Below are positions 18,124-26,035 of a stretch of 41,160 nt of DNA, in pieces. The notes beneath the pieces are model-generated. The model was not told the origin of the DNA. It saw only the letters and a program-made list of their open reading frames with translations, and did not search any database. Source of the DNA: Planctomycetota bacterium (GTDB lineage: Bacteria; Planctomycetota; UBA11346); contig JBBQSO010000045.1 in NCBI GenBank assembly GCA_038213805.1, forward strand, positions 1 through 41,160, given 5' to 3'. Position numbers and translations under genes: made by a program. Within the stretch, counting starts at the first letter, position 1, and each line of letters begins with the position of its first letter.

Positions 18124-18260
18124 GATTCAGACCAAAAGGGAACCAATGGCCATTCATCGGAATTAGATACCAAAAAAGACCATGAGTGTTGCCAACCTTC
18201 CAAAACGCGCAGAAAATATAACCTAAACGCAGTTTATGAAAATAGTTATACATATGGACG
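18124..18260. promoter_or_regulatory. AT-rich divergent promoter region with candidate operator repeats
   Basis: ACCA repeats at 18131, 18142, 18169 and 18179. TAAAC-GCA-GTTTA inverted repeat at 18224-18236, flanked by TATAAC (18217) and GTTATA (18245). Confidence 0.5.
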
Positions 18261-18413
18261 CATAGTCCAACTGCTGGCCATCGCTAACCCCGCGACCTTC
18301 TCAGCGCGTGGGCATCTGCACCATTTTCCAGCCTGGAACGAGGCGCGGCAGAGCGCCTTACACTTGGCCAATGGCGCTTCCCTGCCCTCCCCTCGGAACG
18401 CAAAATCGCAATC

Positions 18414-18683
18414 ATGCCCCTGGTCCGCTTCACGCCCAACCTGGCGCGGCACTGCGCCATCGCCGACACGCAGGTCGCCGGCGACACGGTCGCGGCGGCG
18501 CTGGCGGCGGCCTTCGCGGGTCGCGACCTGGCGCGCGGCTACGTACTGGACGAGCAGGGCTGCCTGCGCAAACACATGTCGGCCTTTGTCGACGGCGAGC
18601 AGGTGCGCGACCGCCGCGCGCTCAGCGACGCCGTCGGGCCTGCGTCGACCATCGATCTCATCCAGGCCCTCTCAGGAGGTTGA
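18414..18683 (+). CDS. MoaD/ThiS-family ubiquitin-like (beta-grasp) protein
   Basis: 89 aa with VRFTPNL, GDTVAAAL and YVLDEQGCLRKHMSAFVDGE, ending in the C-terminal ALSGG di-glycine. Confidence 0.9.
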   Translation: MPLVRFTPNLARHCAIADTQVAGDTVAAALAAAFAGRDLARGYVLDEQGCLRKHMSAFVDGEQVRDRRALSDAVGPASTIDLIQALSGG

Positions 18684-19796
18684 ATGCAACTCCACGTCGC
18701 CACCCGCAAGGGCCTGTTCGTCTATGATGTGGATGGCGCGCAGGCGCGCATCTCCGGCCGCCATTTCCTGGGCGACAACATCACGCTGACGCTGGCCGAC
18801 CCGCGCTCGGGGCAGTGGTACGCAGCCTTCGAGCACGGCCACTTCGGCGCCAAGCTCACGCGTTCCGACGACCGTGGCGCGACGTGGCGCGAACTGCCCG
18901 CTCCGGCCTACCCCAAGCGTCCTGCGGGTGAACCCGACGAGATCGGCGCCGATGGCCGGCCGCTGCCCTGGACGCTCAAGCGCATCTGGTCGCTCGAGTG
19001 CGGTGGCGCGCAGCAGCCGGGCCGGCTGTGGTGCGGCACCATCCCCGGCGGTCTGTTCACCAGCGATGACCACGGCGAGCACTGGACGTTGAACGCGGCG
19101 CTGTGGGCGCATCCGGGCCGCGCCAAGTGGTTCGGTGGTGGTGCCGACCAGCCCGGCATCCATTCGATCTGCGTCGATCCGCGCGATCCGCGCGTGGTGC
19201 GCGTCGCGGTCAGCTGCGGTGGCGTGTGGACGACGCGCGACGCGGGTGCGACCTGGGCCAACACCACGCACGGCATGTTCGCCGCCTTCCTGCCGCCAGA
19301 GCAGCGCTACAACGTCGATAGCCAGGATCCGCACCGCATGGTGCAGTGCGCCGGCCAGCCCGAGCGCTTCTGGGTGCAGCACCACAACGGTGTGTTCCGC
19401 TCCGACGATGGGGCGGTGACCTGGCAGCACTGCCCCGACATCCCGCCCTCGGGCATCGGCTTCGGCTTCGCCGTGGTCGTCCATCCGCAGGACGGCGACA
19501 GCGCCTGGTTGGTGCCCGGCATCAAGGACGAGCAGCGCATCCCCGTCGATGGCGGCGTGGCGGTGACGCGCACGCGCGATGGTGGGCGCACCTGGACGGT
19601 GCTGCGCGCAGGCCTGCCGCAGCAGGACGCCTACGACCTGACCCTGCGCCACGCCTGCGACCTTGCCGTGGACGGCCGCACCCTCGCCTTCGGGTCGACC
19701 ACCGGCGCGCTGTGGCTCAGCCGCGATGGCGGCGAATCCTGGACGGAACTCAATGCGCACCTGCCGCCCATCCACGCGGTGCGCTTCGTCGACTGA
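18684..19796 (+). CDS. BNR/Asp-box repeat (sialidase-like) beta-propeller protein
   Basis: Repeated Asp-boxes SDDRGATW, SDDHGEHW, TRDAGATW, SDDGAVTW, TRDGGRTW and SRDGGESW. No signal peptide. Starts immediately after the MoaD-like stop (TGA-ATG). Confidence 0.88.
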   Translation: MQLHVATRKGLFVYDVDGAQARISGRHFLGDNITLTLADPRSGQWYAAFEHGHFGAKLTRSDDRGATWRELPAPAYPKRPAGEPDEIGADGRPLPWTLKRIWSLECGGAQQPGRLWCGTIPGGLFTSDDHGEHWTLNAALWAHPGRAKWFGGGADQPGIHSICVDPRDPRVVRVAVSCGGVWTTRDAGATWANTTHGMFAAFLPPEQRYNVDSQDPHRMVQCAGQPERFWVQHHNGVFRSDDGAVTWQHCPDIPPSGIGFGFAVVVHPQDGDSAWLVPGIKDEQRIPVDGGVAVTRTRDGGRTWTVLRAGLPQQDAYDLTLRHACDLAVDGRTLAFGSTTGALWLSRDGGESWTELNAHLPPIHAVRFVD

Positions 19797-19809
19797 CCGC
19801 GCGCCAGCC

Positions 19810-21681
19810 TCAGAAACCGGGATTTTCCGCAGGTTTCGGCACGTCGCCGCCCTGCGCCGGCGCGCCGGGGGGACCACCAGGCTGGCCATTCGGCGCGTCA
19901 CCGGGACCGCCTGGCCGGCCGCCGCGTCGGCCATCGCGCGGCTGCCCGCCGCCGCCCCACATGCCCGGGAAGCCGCGGCCGCCGAAGCGCGGGCGCAGCC
20001 AGCCGACCAGCGGCGAATCGCCGGCGATCTGCCAGTGGTCCTCGTGCCGGACGAGTTTCAGCGGCAGCGCCTCGGACTTCCCGAAGGCGGTGAATGCCAC
20101 CGTGACGAAGCGCGCGTCGTCCTCGCCGGGGACCGGCCGCGCCGCGCCGACCTTGGCCGAGTCGAGCACCTGGTCGAGCTGCAGATCATAGAGCGCGAGC
20201 AGCACCTTGAGCCCGCCCAGGCTCTTGCCGAGGCGGCCCGCGGCGTCGTCGACGGAGATGCCACCCAGCTCGGCGGCCGTGCCGATGCCCAGGCCCTTGA
20301 TCAGCGTGGCGAACTGCGCGGTGGCCTTGGCCTGCTTGTCGGCGTCGTCCAGGCCCGCGCCCTTCGACCACGTGGCGAAGCCGTCGAGCAGGTCGGCGAT
20401 CGCCTTGGTCTGCTCGTTTTCAAGGCCGCTGGCGAGGATGTCGCCGACCACGCCAGCAAGCAGGTTCGGGATCAGGAAGCCGGTGCGGCGCGGTTCGGCT
20501 TCGGTTGGCGCGCCCGGCTTGGCGGCGAGCGCCTGCAGGGCCGCGGCCAAGCCGTCGCCGCCGATGAACAGCGAGAAGATCTGCTGGAAGTGGCGGTCCG
20601 CCTCGGGTCCGCCGTTGCCGAGTGCGAGCAGGCGCTCAATGACGCCATCGCGGAACGGGTTGTTCTGCCCGGCGAAACGCTTCCAGCTCTGCTGGAGCTC
20701 GCTGCGCTGCGCCGGTGCGAGGCGCGCGAGCAGGCCGGTCGCATCGTTGCCGCGCAGCGCTGTGATCAGCTCCGTCACCGCGGCCTCGGCACTCGGTGCG
20801 GCCGGCGTTGGCGCCACCGGTGGGACCGCGACGACGACCGGCGCGGGCGCGACCTCGCCAGCGGGCGCCAGCGCCGGGGCGATGGTCAGCGAGCCGGTGA
20901 CCAGGGCGCCGGCGGCGAGGACGGCGAGGCCGCCGAGTTTGAGCATGGCCATGGTGGTGAGTCCTCCGGAAGCGGCGGTGGCGGCGGTGAGAGCGGCAGC
21001 GGGCGGGGCCACGCCCGCGGCGGCGGCATGGGCGGTGGCGGCGGCGAAGGCGAGAGGCACCGGGGCGGCGGCGGCCTGGGCCTCGGCGGCGAGCAGGCCG
21101 GCGAGGGCGAGCGCACCGACGGCGACGCCGCGGCGGCCGAGCACCTCGCGCAGCTGCTCGCGTCCACGGCTGAGCAGCGAGGCGAGGGTGCCGGGATTCA
21201 GGTTCAGCAGGCGCGCGACCTCCTCCTGGGGATGGCCTTCGAGGTAGTGCAGGACCAGCGGCACGCGGTAGCGCTCGCTGAGCCGGTCGAGGGCGCCGTC
21301 GAGCTCCTCGCGCAGTTCGGTGCGCCGCCGCTCGTCGAGCGGTTCTTCGGGAACGATCATGGCGCTGGCCTCCTCATGGCGACGGCGGACGCGTCCGGCG
21401 TCGCGCTGCCGCGCGGCGACATGGCGGGCGGTGCGGTGCAGCCAGCCGCCCAGGGTGGGATGATCGGTGAGGGTCTTCGCCTTGTCGGCAAGGACCAGGA
21501 ACACCGCCTGCGCGGCGTCCTCGGCGTCGGCCCCGGGCCCAAGAATGCGCCGGCAGGTCGCCAGCACCATCGGGCCGTGGCGGCGCAGCAGCTCGGCGAA
21601 GGCCGCTTCGCGTTCCAACGTCGCCCCGCCACCGCTGAAGGTGGTGAGCAGGTCGGCATCGCTGGTCGTCATCGGCACCAT
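19810..21681 (-). CDS. ECF sigma-70 factor with Ala-rich linker, transmembrane helix and C-terminal extracytoplasmic domain
   Basis: Region 2 AFAELLRRHGPMVLATCRRILG..DAEDAAQAVFLVL..LGGWLHRTA. Region 4 LSERYRVPLVLHYLEGHPQEEVARLLNLNPGTLASLLSRGREQLR. Hydrophobic segment LKLGGLAVLAAGALVTGSLTIA. GAGGG RBS upstream of 21681. Confidence 0.9.
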   Translation of the reverse strand: MVPMTTSDADLLTTFSGGGATLEREAAFAELLRRHGPMVLATCRRILGPGADAEDAAQAVFLVLADKAKTLTDHPTLGGWLHRTARHVAARQRDAGRVRRRHEEASAMIVPEEPLDERRRTELREELDGALDRLSERYRVPLVLHYLEGHPQEEVARLLNLNPGTLASLLSRGREQLREVLGRRGVAVGALALAGLLAAEAQAAAAPVPLAFAAATAHAAAAGVAPPAAALTAATAASGGLTTMAMLKLGGLAVLAAGALVTGSLTIAPALAPAGEVAPAPVVVAVPPVAPTPAAPSAEAAVTELITALRGNDATGLLARLAPAQRSELQQSWKRFAGQNNPFRDGVIERLLALGNGGPEADRHFQQIFSLFIGGDGLAAALQALAAKPGAPTEAEPRRTGFLIPNLLAGVVGDILASGLENEQTKAIADLLDGFATWSKGAGLDDADKQAKATAQFATLIKGLGIGTAAELGGISVDDAAGRLGKSLGGLKVLLALYDLQLDQVLDSAKVGAARPVPGEDDARFVTVAFTAFGKSEALPLKLVRHEDHWQIAGDSPLVGWLRPRFGGRGFPGMWGGGGQPRDGRRGGRPGGPGDAPNGQPGGPPGAPAQGGDVPKPAENPGF

Positions 21682-21782
21682 AGCTGCCCTCTATCCGGTC
21701 ACGTGCCGGCGGACTTGCGGGGAACTTGTGAGGAGCGGACGCCGTGCAACCCTGGGGCTGGACGTCGCGGCCCGGGCGCGGC

Positions 21783-22859
21783 TTACGACGCGAACGCCAG
21801 GCGCGTCCAGGCGCCACGGTCGGCCGAGCCGCGGCACGCCCACAGCTCGCGCCGCGCCGGCACGGTGATCATGCAGGCGTTGGTGCTGGTGCCCTGACCG
21901 TCCTCGGCAAAGCGGTTGATCGAATCGCTGCCGTCAGCGCGGTCGGCGAACAGGCGCTTGAGGCTGTCGACATCCTGACCGCCGCCGTCCAGCAGCGCGC
22001 CAAGCCGCGCCAGGCGCGCGCGCGACGACGGGCTGGCCGGCTCGCCCTCGTGCGCGCGGTGACCCTCGTCCAGGCAGTGGTTGGTGCGGTAGAGCGGGCC
22101 ACTGCCGGCGCGGTGCACGGCGCTCTCTGCGGTGCACTCCCAGTCGTCGACCCCGCCCGCGTCCGCCGCCCAGTAGGTGTGCGCGGCCGCGCGCGGGGCG
22201 CCGGTGAAGACCCGGCCGGCCGCCGCGCGGTCGGGACTGCGCAGGGCGCGGTGCAGCAGCGACAGGTAGGGGATGCCGACGCGCGAGCCGCGTGTCTTGA
22301 TGTTGGTGGTGCCCACCGCCACGCCATGTGCGTTCATGCCGATCAGCGATGGGCAGCCGGCGCAGGTGATGCTCCAGGTCTCGGGACCGCTGTCCGGCCG
22401 GCGGTGCACCGCGACCACGAATTCGAGATCGCCGGGATTGAGGTCCCAGCTCTGCGCGGCATGCACCGCGCCATCCGCCGCGTGCGTCGCCGGCACCAGC
22501 GCCGTCGAGCAGCCCTCGGCCTCGGCAGCGCGCGCCGGCAGCGCCAGGATGTCGCGGATGTCGGTCATGTTCGCGGTGGTGTAGAGGTCGACCGCGTCGA
22601 CGCCCGCGCCCGCCGCCAGCGCGTGGTGTTCGATCCAGCCCGCCTCGTCCCACGCCTGCAGCGCCGCCAGGCACTGCGCGCCGAGTGCGCGGAAGGCCTG
22701 CTCATCGCGGATGCCGCGCTCGTACAGGTACGCACGCGCCGCGCGCAGGCGCTGGCTGACGAAATCCCCGATGCGCTCCTTGAGCTGCTCGCCCTGCCCG
22801 CGCCCGAGCGCGGCGGCATCGCCGGAGACGTGGATCTGGGGGAGTTCGAGCAGCGGCAT
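21783..22859 (-). CDS. Peptidase C45 family Ntn-hydrolase / acyl-CoA:6-APA acyltransferase-like protein
   Basis: GRGQGEQLKERI N-terminus, EG-CST autoprocessing nucleophile site, AQSWDL, GMNAHGVAV and RTNH motifs. Confidence 0.85.
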   Translation of the reverse strand: MPLLELPQIHVSGDAAALGRGQGEQLKERIGDFVSQRLRAARAYLYERGIRDEQAFRALGAQCLAALQAWDEAGWIEHHALAAGAGVDAVDLYTTANMTDIRDILALPARAAEAEGCSTALVPATHAADGAVHAAQSWDLNPGDLEFVVAVHRRPDSGPETWSITCAGCPSLIGMNAHGVAVGTTNIKTRGSRVGIPYLSLLHRALRSPDRAAAGRVFTGAPRAAAHTYWAADAGGVDDWECTAESAVHRAGSGPLYRTNHCLDEGHRAHEGEPASPSSRARLARLGALLDGGGQDVDSLKRLFADRADGSDSINRFAEDGQGTSTNACMITVPARRELWACRGSADRGAWTRLAFAS

Positions 22860-22924
22860 GTCCGCATGCTAGCGTGGACGACGTGGCAGCAAAGGGCGGG
22901 GTCGGCAGCGTTGTGCAGCGCAGG

Positions 22925-23030
22925 GTGCGGAGTGCGCCGTCATTTCCTGTCTGCAGCGCAACGATGGAGGCGCGCGCGAAATGGGCATGCGATGGAAATG
23001 CGCGAACCACGGTCACTCCGCACTCCGCAC
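22925..23030. repeat. 12-bp perfect inverted repeat in the intergenic gap
   Basis: GTGCGGAGTGCG (22925-22936) and CGCACTCCGCAC (23019-23030). The right arm lies within a CACTCCG heptamer tandem. Confidence 0.6.
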
Positions 23031-23039
23031 TTCCCCCAT

Positions 23040-23444
23040 TCACCCAATCTGCTTCACCCAATCCTGCAAATTATAATAATTCGTCACCCGCGTGATCTCC
23101 CCGGGCCGCATCTCGAAGAACGTCCCGCCCTGCAACGCGTAGGTTTGCCCGCGTGCCGGCGGCAGACCGTCATCGGTGGCGAGGTATTCGCCGCTGACGC
23201 GGTACTCGACGGCGGCGCGCTTGGCGTCAGAGGCGCAGACGATGACGATGTTGCTGAGGCGCTCGCGGTAGCAGCGCGCCTGGCGCGCGAGGAAGGCGCG
23301 GAAGGCGTCGCGGCCGACCTCGCGCGGTCCCTGGTTGAGATCGTGCGCGACGTCCTCTGCGAGCAGCGCGAGCAGATCCTCCCACACGCCGGCGTTGAAC
23401 GCCTTGTAGTAGCCGCGGATCAGGTCGATGGCTCCGATGGTCAT
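23040..23444 (-). CDS. SnoaL-like / ketosteroid-isomerase-related NTF2-fold protein
   Basis: LIRGYYKAFNAGVWEDLLALLAEDVAHDLNQG..GRDAFRAFL and ITRVTNYYNLQDW. Real start MTIGAID at 23444 with GGAAGGGA RBS. The longer 300-aa ORF is an artefact overlapping the astA-like gene. Confidence 0.85.
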   Translation of the reverse strand: MTIGAIDLIRGYYKAFNAGVWEDLLALLAEDVAHDLNQGPREVGRDAFRAFLARQARCYRERLSNIVIVCASDAKRAAVEYRVSGEYLATDDGLPPARGQTYALQGGTFFEMRPGEITRVTNYYNLQDWVKQIG

Positions 23445-23556
23445 GGCGTCCCTTCCCGTTCCCGAGCGCCGCGTCGTGCGGCGCCTACACCATGGCGTGG
23501 TGCCGGCGCGGTGCGACGCGCGATTTCCGACAGCGGCGCCGGAGCGTCCGGTGCCG

Positions 23557-24600
23557 TCACCAGTCCATGGGCATCGCCCACAGCGCTTCCCCCGCCGCCA
23601 CGCCCAGGTGGCCGGCGAGATCGTGGCTGAGACGCAGGCCCTCGCCCTGCACCGCGCAGGGCGCGAGCAGGAAGCGGTGGCTGCCGGGGTGGACGAGCAG
23701 GCGCTCCTCGGTGGCGGCGAGCGGCGGCAGATCGAGGCGCACCAGGCGGCGGCTGCGCTGGATGGGCGCGATGTCGGCGACCTCGGCGCCGTCGTGCGGC
23801 CCGGCGTCGAACGGATCGATGGTGCCGAGCGGCTTGAAGCCGGCGCGCGCGAGCAGCCGGCGCACCGGCGTGGTCGCCGGCCCCTCGTGGCCGACCAGCT
23901 CGCGCGCGGCGGGCGGCAGCAGCTCCATGACGATCTCGTCATGCGGGAAGAACGCCTCGATGAACTCCTTGTCGGTGCGACAGAGCAGGTCGGCGCGGTA
24001 GTAGCTGAGCCCGGTCAGCGGCGCGCCGACCGCGTCCCAGAAGGCGTTGCCGCCGTCCTCGCGGCGCGGCGGCAGCAGCTCGGCGAGCAGCCGCCGGCAG
24101 AAGCGCTCGCGGTGCATCGCCACCAGCAGCAGGCGCGCCGCGACCAGCAGCTTGCCAAGGCCCTGCCCACGCGAGCGCGGATGCACGATCAAGCCGCCGA
24201 GCTCGGTCCACGGCTCGACGTCGCGGCCAAGCTTGAGCAGGTGGCGGACACGGTCGGTGCCCAGCTGCTTGCTGTGCACCGTGCTCTCGACCACGCGCAG
24301 GTAGTAGTGCGGCTCGTCGGGCATGCCGTGGTAGGCGAACAGCGAGGCGGTGCCGAACAGCCGCTCATGGCCGTCCTGGTCGCGGCCGACCGCGACCAGG
24401 GTGAAGCTGGCGTGGCGCGGCTCGACGAGTTCGCGGCTCGCGGGGTCCAGGGCCCTGAAGCTGCGCTCGCTGTCGGCGATGATCCCGGCGATGACCGCCG
24501 GATCCTTGGGCAGGTTGACGGTGTCGAGCAGCCCCGCGAGGGCGAGCAACTCGCCCGCATCCGCCGCTTCGACCGGGCGGATGGTGATGGGCGGCGGCAC
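23557..24600 (-). CDS. astA: Arginine N-succinyltransferase (AstA)-family acyltransferase
   Basis: IRPVEAAD..L..LA....NLP, TELGGLIVHP, GLGKLLVAARLL, LLAEL, FWDAVG, ADLL, LLPPAARELVG and IDPFDAGP motifs of the AstA/AruF/AruG family. Confidence 0.8.
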   Translation of the reverse strand: MPPPITIRPVEAADAGELLALAGLLDTVNLPKDPAVIAGIIADSERSFRALDPASRELVEPRHASFTLVAVGRDQDGHERLFGTASLFAYHGMPDEPHYYLRVVESTVHSKQLGTDRVRHLLKLGRDVEPWTELGGLIVHPRSRGQGLGKLLVAARLLLVAMHRERFCRRLLAELLPPRREDGGNAFWDAVGAPLTGLSYYRADLLCRTDKEFIEAFFPHDEIVMELLPPAARELVGHEGPATTPVRRLLARAGFKPLGTIDPFDAGPHDGAEVADIAPIQRSRRLVRLDLPPLAATEERLLVHPGSHRFLLAPCAVQGEGLRLSHDLAGHLGVAAGEALWAMPMDW

Positions 24601-24852
24601 GCAGGCGTTCTAACAACGGGTACCGGTGGACCAAGGGGGGCGTCGGGGAGGGGCGGAGACCCGCGACCCGCGACCACCAGCGAGGTATGTGGCCCATGGT
24701 TTGCCGGGAAGTACCGCAGCGATTCCGGAGCCGACCTGCGACTGGCTCCTCTGGTCTCCGGTCTAGGAACGCTCCGCGCGGCCGGCAGCCACTTCGTTGT
24801 CATGACCACGCTAATAACCGCCTCACAACGTTCACATTCCCAAGCGTGGCCG

Positions 24853-24882
24853 TTGTCGCAGGTTCAACTGGTCCAGTATATT
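24853..24882 (+). promoter_or_regulatory. Candidate sigma-70 promoter for the ECF/kinase operon
   Basis: TTGTCG (24853-24858), 18-nt spacer, TATATT (24877-24882), in a locally AT-richer intergenic stretch. Confidence 0.35.
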
Positions 24883-25040
24883 ACACTTGACCCTCTGGGC
24901 GGTCGCGCCTACAAGATTGAGCACGGTCCGTGGACCTGCGGACCGTGACGGCATGAGGTCGAACCCCATGCCGGACCGAGCCGGGTGGCACCGTCCGAAG
25001 CGCCGCCGCGGATGTCCTGCCCCAAGCCCAAGGGTGCCCA

Positions 25041-25904
25041 GTGCCGACCACGCCCCCCCCGCCATCCAAGGTCTCGGAATCCCCTGCGGATGCGCTGTCG
25101 GGGCGGATCCCGGCAGGCCACCAGGTCTTCCAGCCCGACCACATGAACGACGCGAGCACGCACAGCTCGATGCTGCGTCCCCAGGGCGCCAAGGCCGATC
25201 ATGGGTGGCTGTACTACCAGAAGCCGGTGCGCAATTACCTGCGCGGGCTGGGCTGCGGCGACCAGGACGTCGACGACCTGACCCACGAGATCCTCATCAA
25301 GCTGCAGACGTACATCGTCCTCAACTACAATCCGAGCAGGCCTTTCCGTCCCTATTTCAAGACCGCGATCCGGCATTTCTACTTCAGTCACCTGCGCGGT
25401 CGCGGGGGTCAGGGCGGTCGCCAGGTGGCGATGACGCCCGGAATCGCCGGGACGGCTTGCGCCGCCGAGCCGGAGGAGGAGGACAGCCAGGCCGGCGAGG
25501 ACGTGCTCGCCGCCGGACTGCTCGACTACGCCCGCCAGATGTACGACCATTTCGCCGCCGAGGCCGGTGCGGCGCACGAGACCGGCATCCAGATGCTCCA
25601 GGCGTGGATGCTGGGTGGCCTCAAGCAGGAGCAGCTCGCGCAGCGTTGGAAGCTCACCGATCGCCAGGTGCGCACCCACATCGGCCGGGCCGCGGACGAG
25701 CTGGCGCGTTGGATGCAGGAACGCCTGCACGCCGACGATCTCACCGCCCTGGCCACCCTGGCCAAGGACAAGGGCGTGACCCTGGACCTCGAGATGGCCG
25801 ACATCCGCGGCCTGTTCAGCCATTTGTCGCGCCAGAAGCGCCTGCGTGCCCTGCTCATCCTCTCGCTGATCTACAAGCGCGAGTCCGGGCCCGGAAACCG
25901 GTGA
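25041..25904 (+). CDS. ECF-type sigma-70 factor (kinase-associated type) with short C-terminal extension
   Basis: Region 2-like WLYYQKPVRNYLRGLGCGDQDVDDLTHEILIKL..YNPSRPFRPYFKTAIRH. Region 4 HTH LKQEQLAQRWKLTDRQVRTHIGRA. Start may instead be ATG 25143. Confidence 0.75.
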   Translation: MPTTPPPPSKVSESPADALSGRIPAGHQVFQPDHMNDASTHSSMLRPQGAKADHGWLYYQKPVRNYLRGLGCGDQDVDDLTHEILIKLQTYIVLNYNPSRPFRPYFKTAIRHFYFSHLRGRGGQGGRQVAMTPGIAGTACAAEPEEEDSQAGEDVLAAGLLDYARQMYDHFAAEAGAAHETGIQMLQAWMLGGLKQEQLAQRWKLTDRQVRTHIGRAADELARWMQERLHADDLTALATLAKDKGVTLDLEMADIRGLFSHLSRQKRLRALLILSLIYKRESGPGNR

Positions 25905-26035
25905 TTCACATCCACGGAGTGGCGGCGCTGGCGTTTGTCCAGGAGCGTGGCCGGGCCTGGATTCGCCGTTTGAAGCACTGCCGGGCGGGCTAGCATCGCC
26001 CACCGGGATTCCGGTTCCGGCCGAGGCCCAGGAGT

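Noticed and set aside
23445..23942. N-terminal extension of the 300-aa ORF 23040-23942
   Set aside because: Overlaps the astA-like gene in another frame. The SnoaL-like domain has its own ATG and RBS at 23444.
16348..24948. Long + strand ORFs 16348-18789, 19663-21897, 21744-23630 and 23428-24948
   Set aside because: They overlap well-supported minus-strand genes and arise from stop-codon scarcity at high GC.
25250..25300. ECF43/EcfP-type phospho-switch motif in sigma region 2.2
   Set aside because: The motif here is DVDDLTHE and keeps its acidic residues, so that specific mechanism is not supported. Any kinase control would have to work differently.
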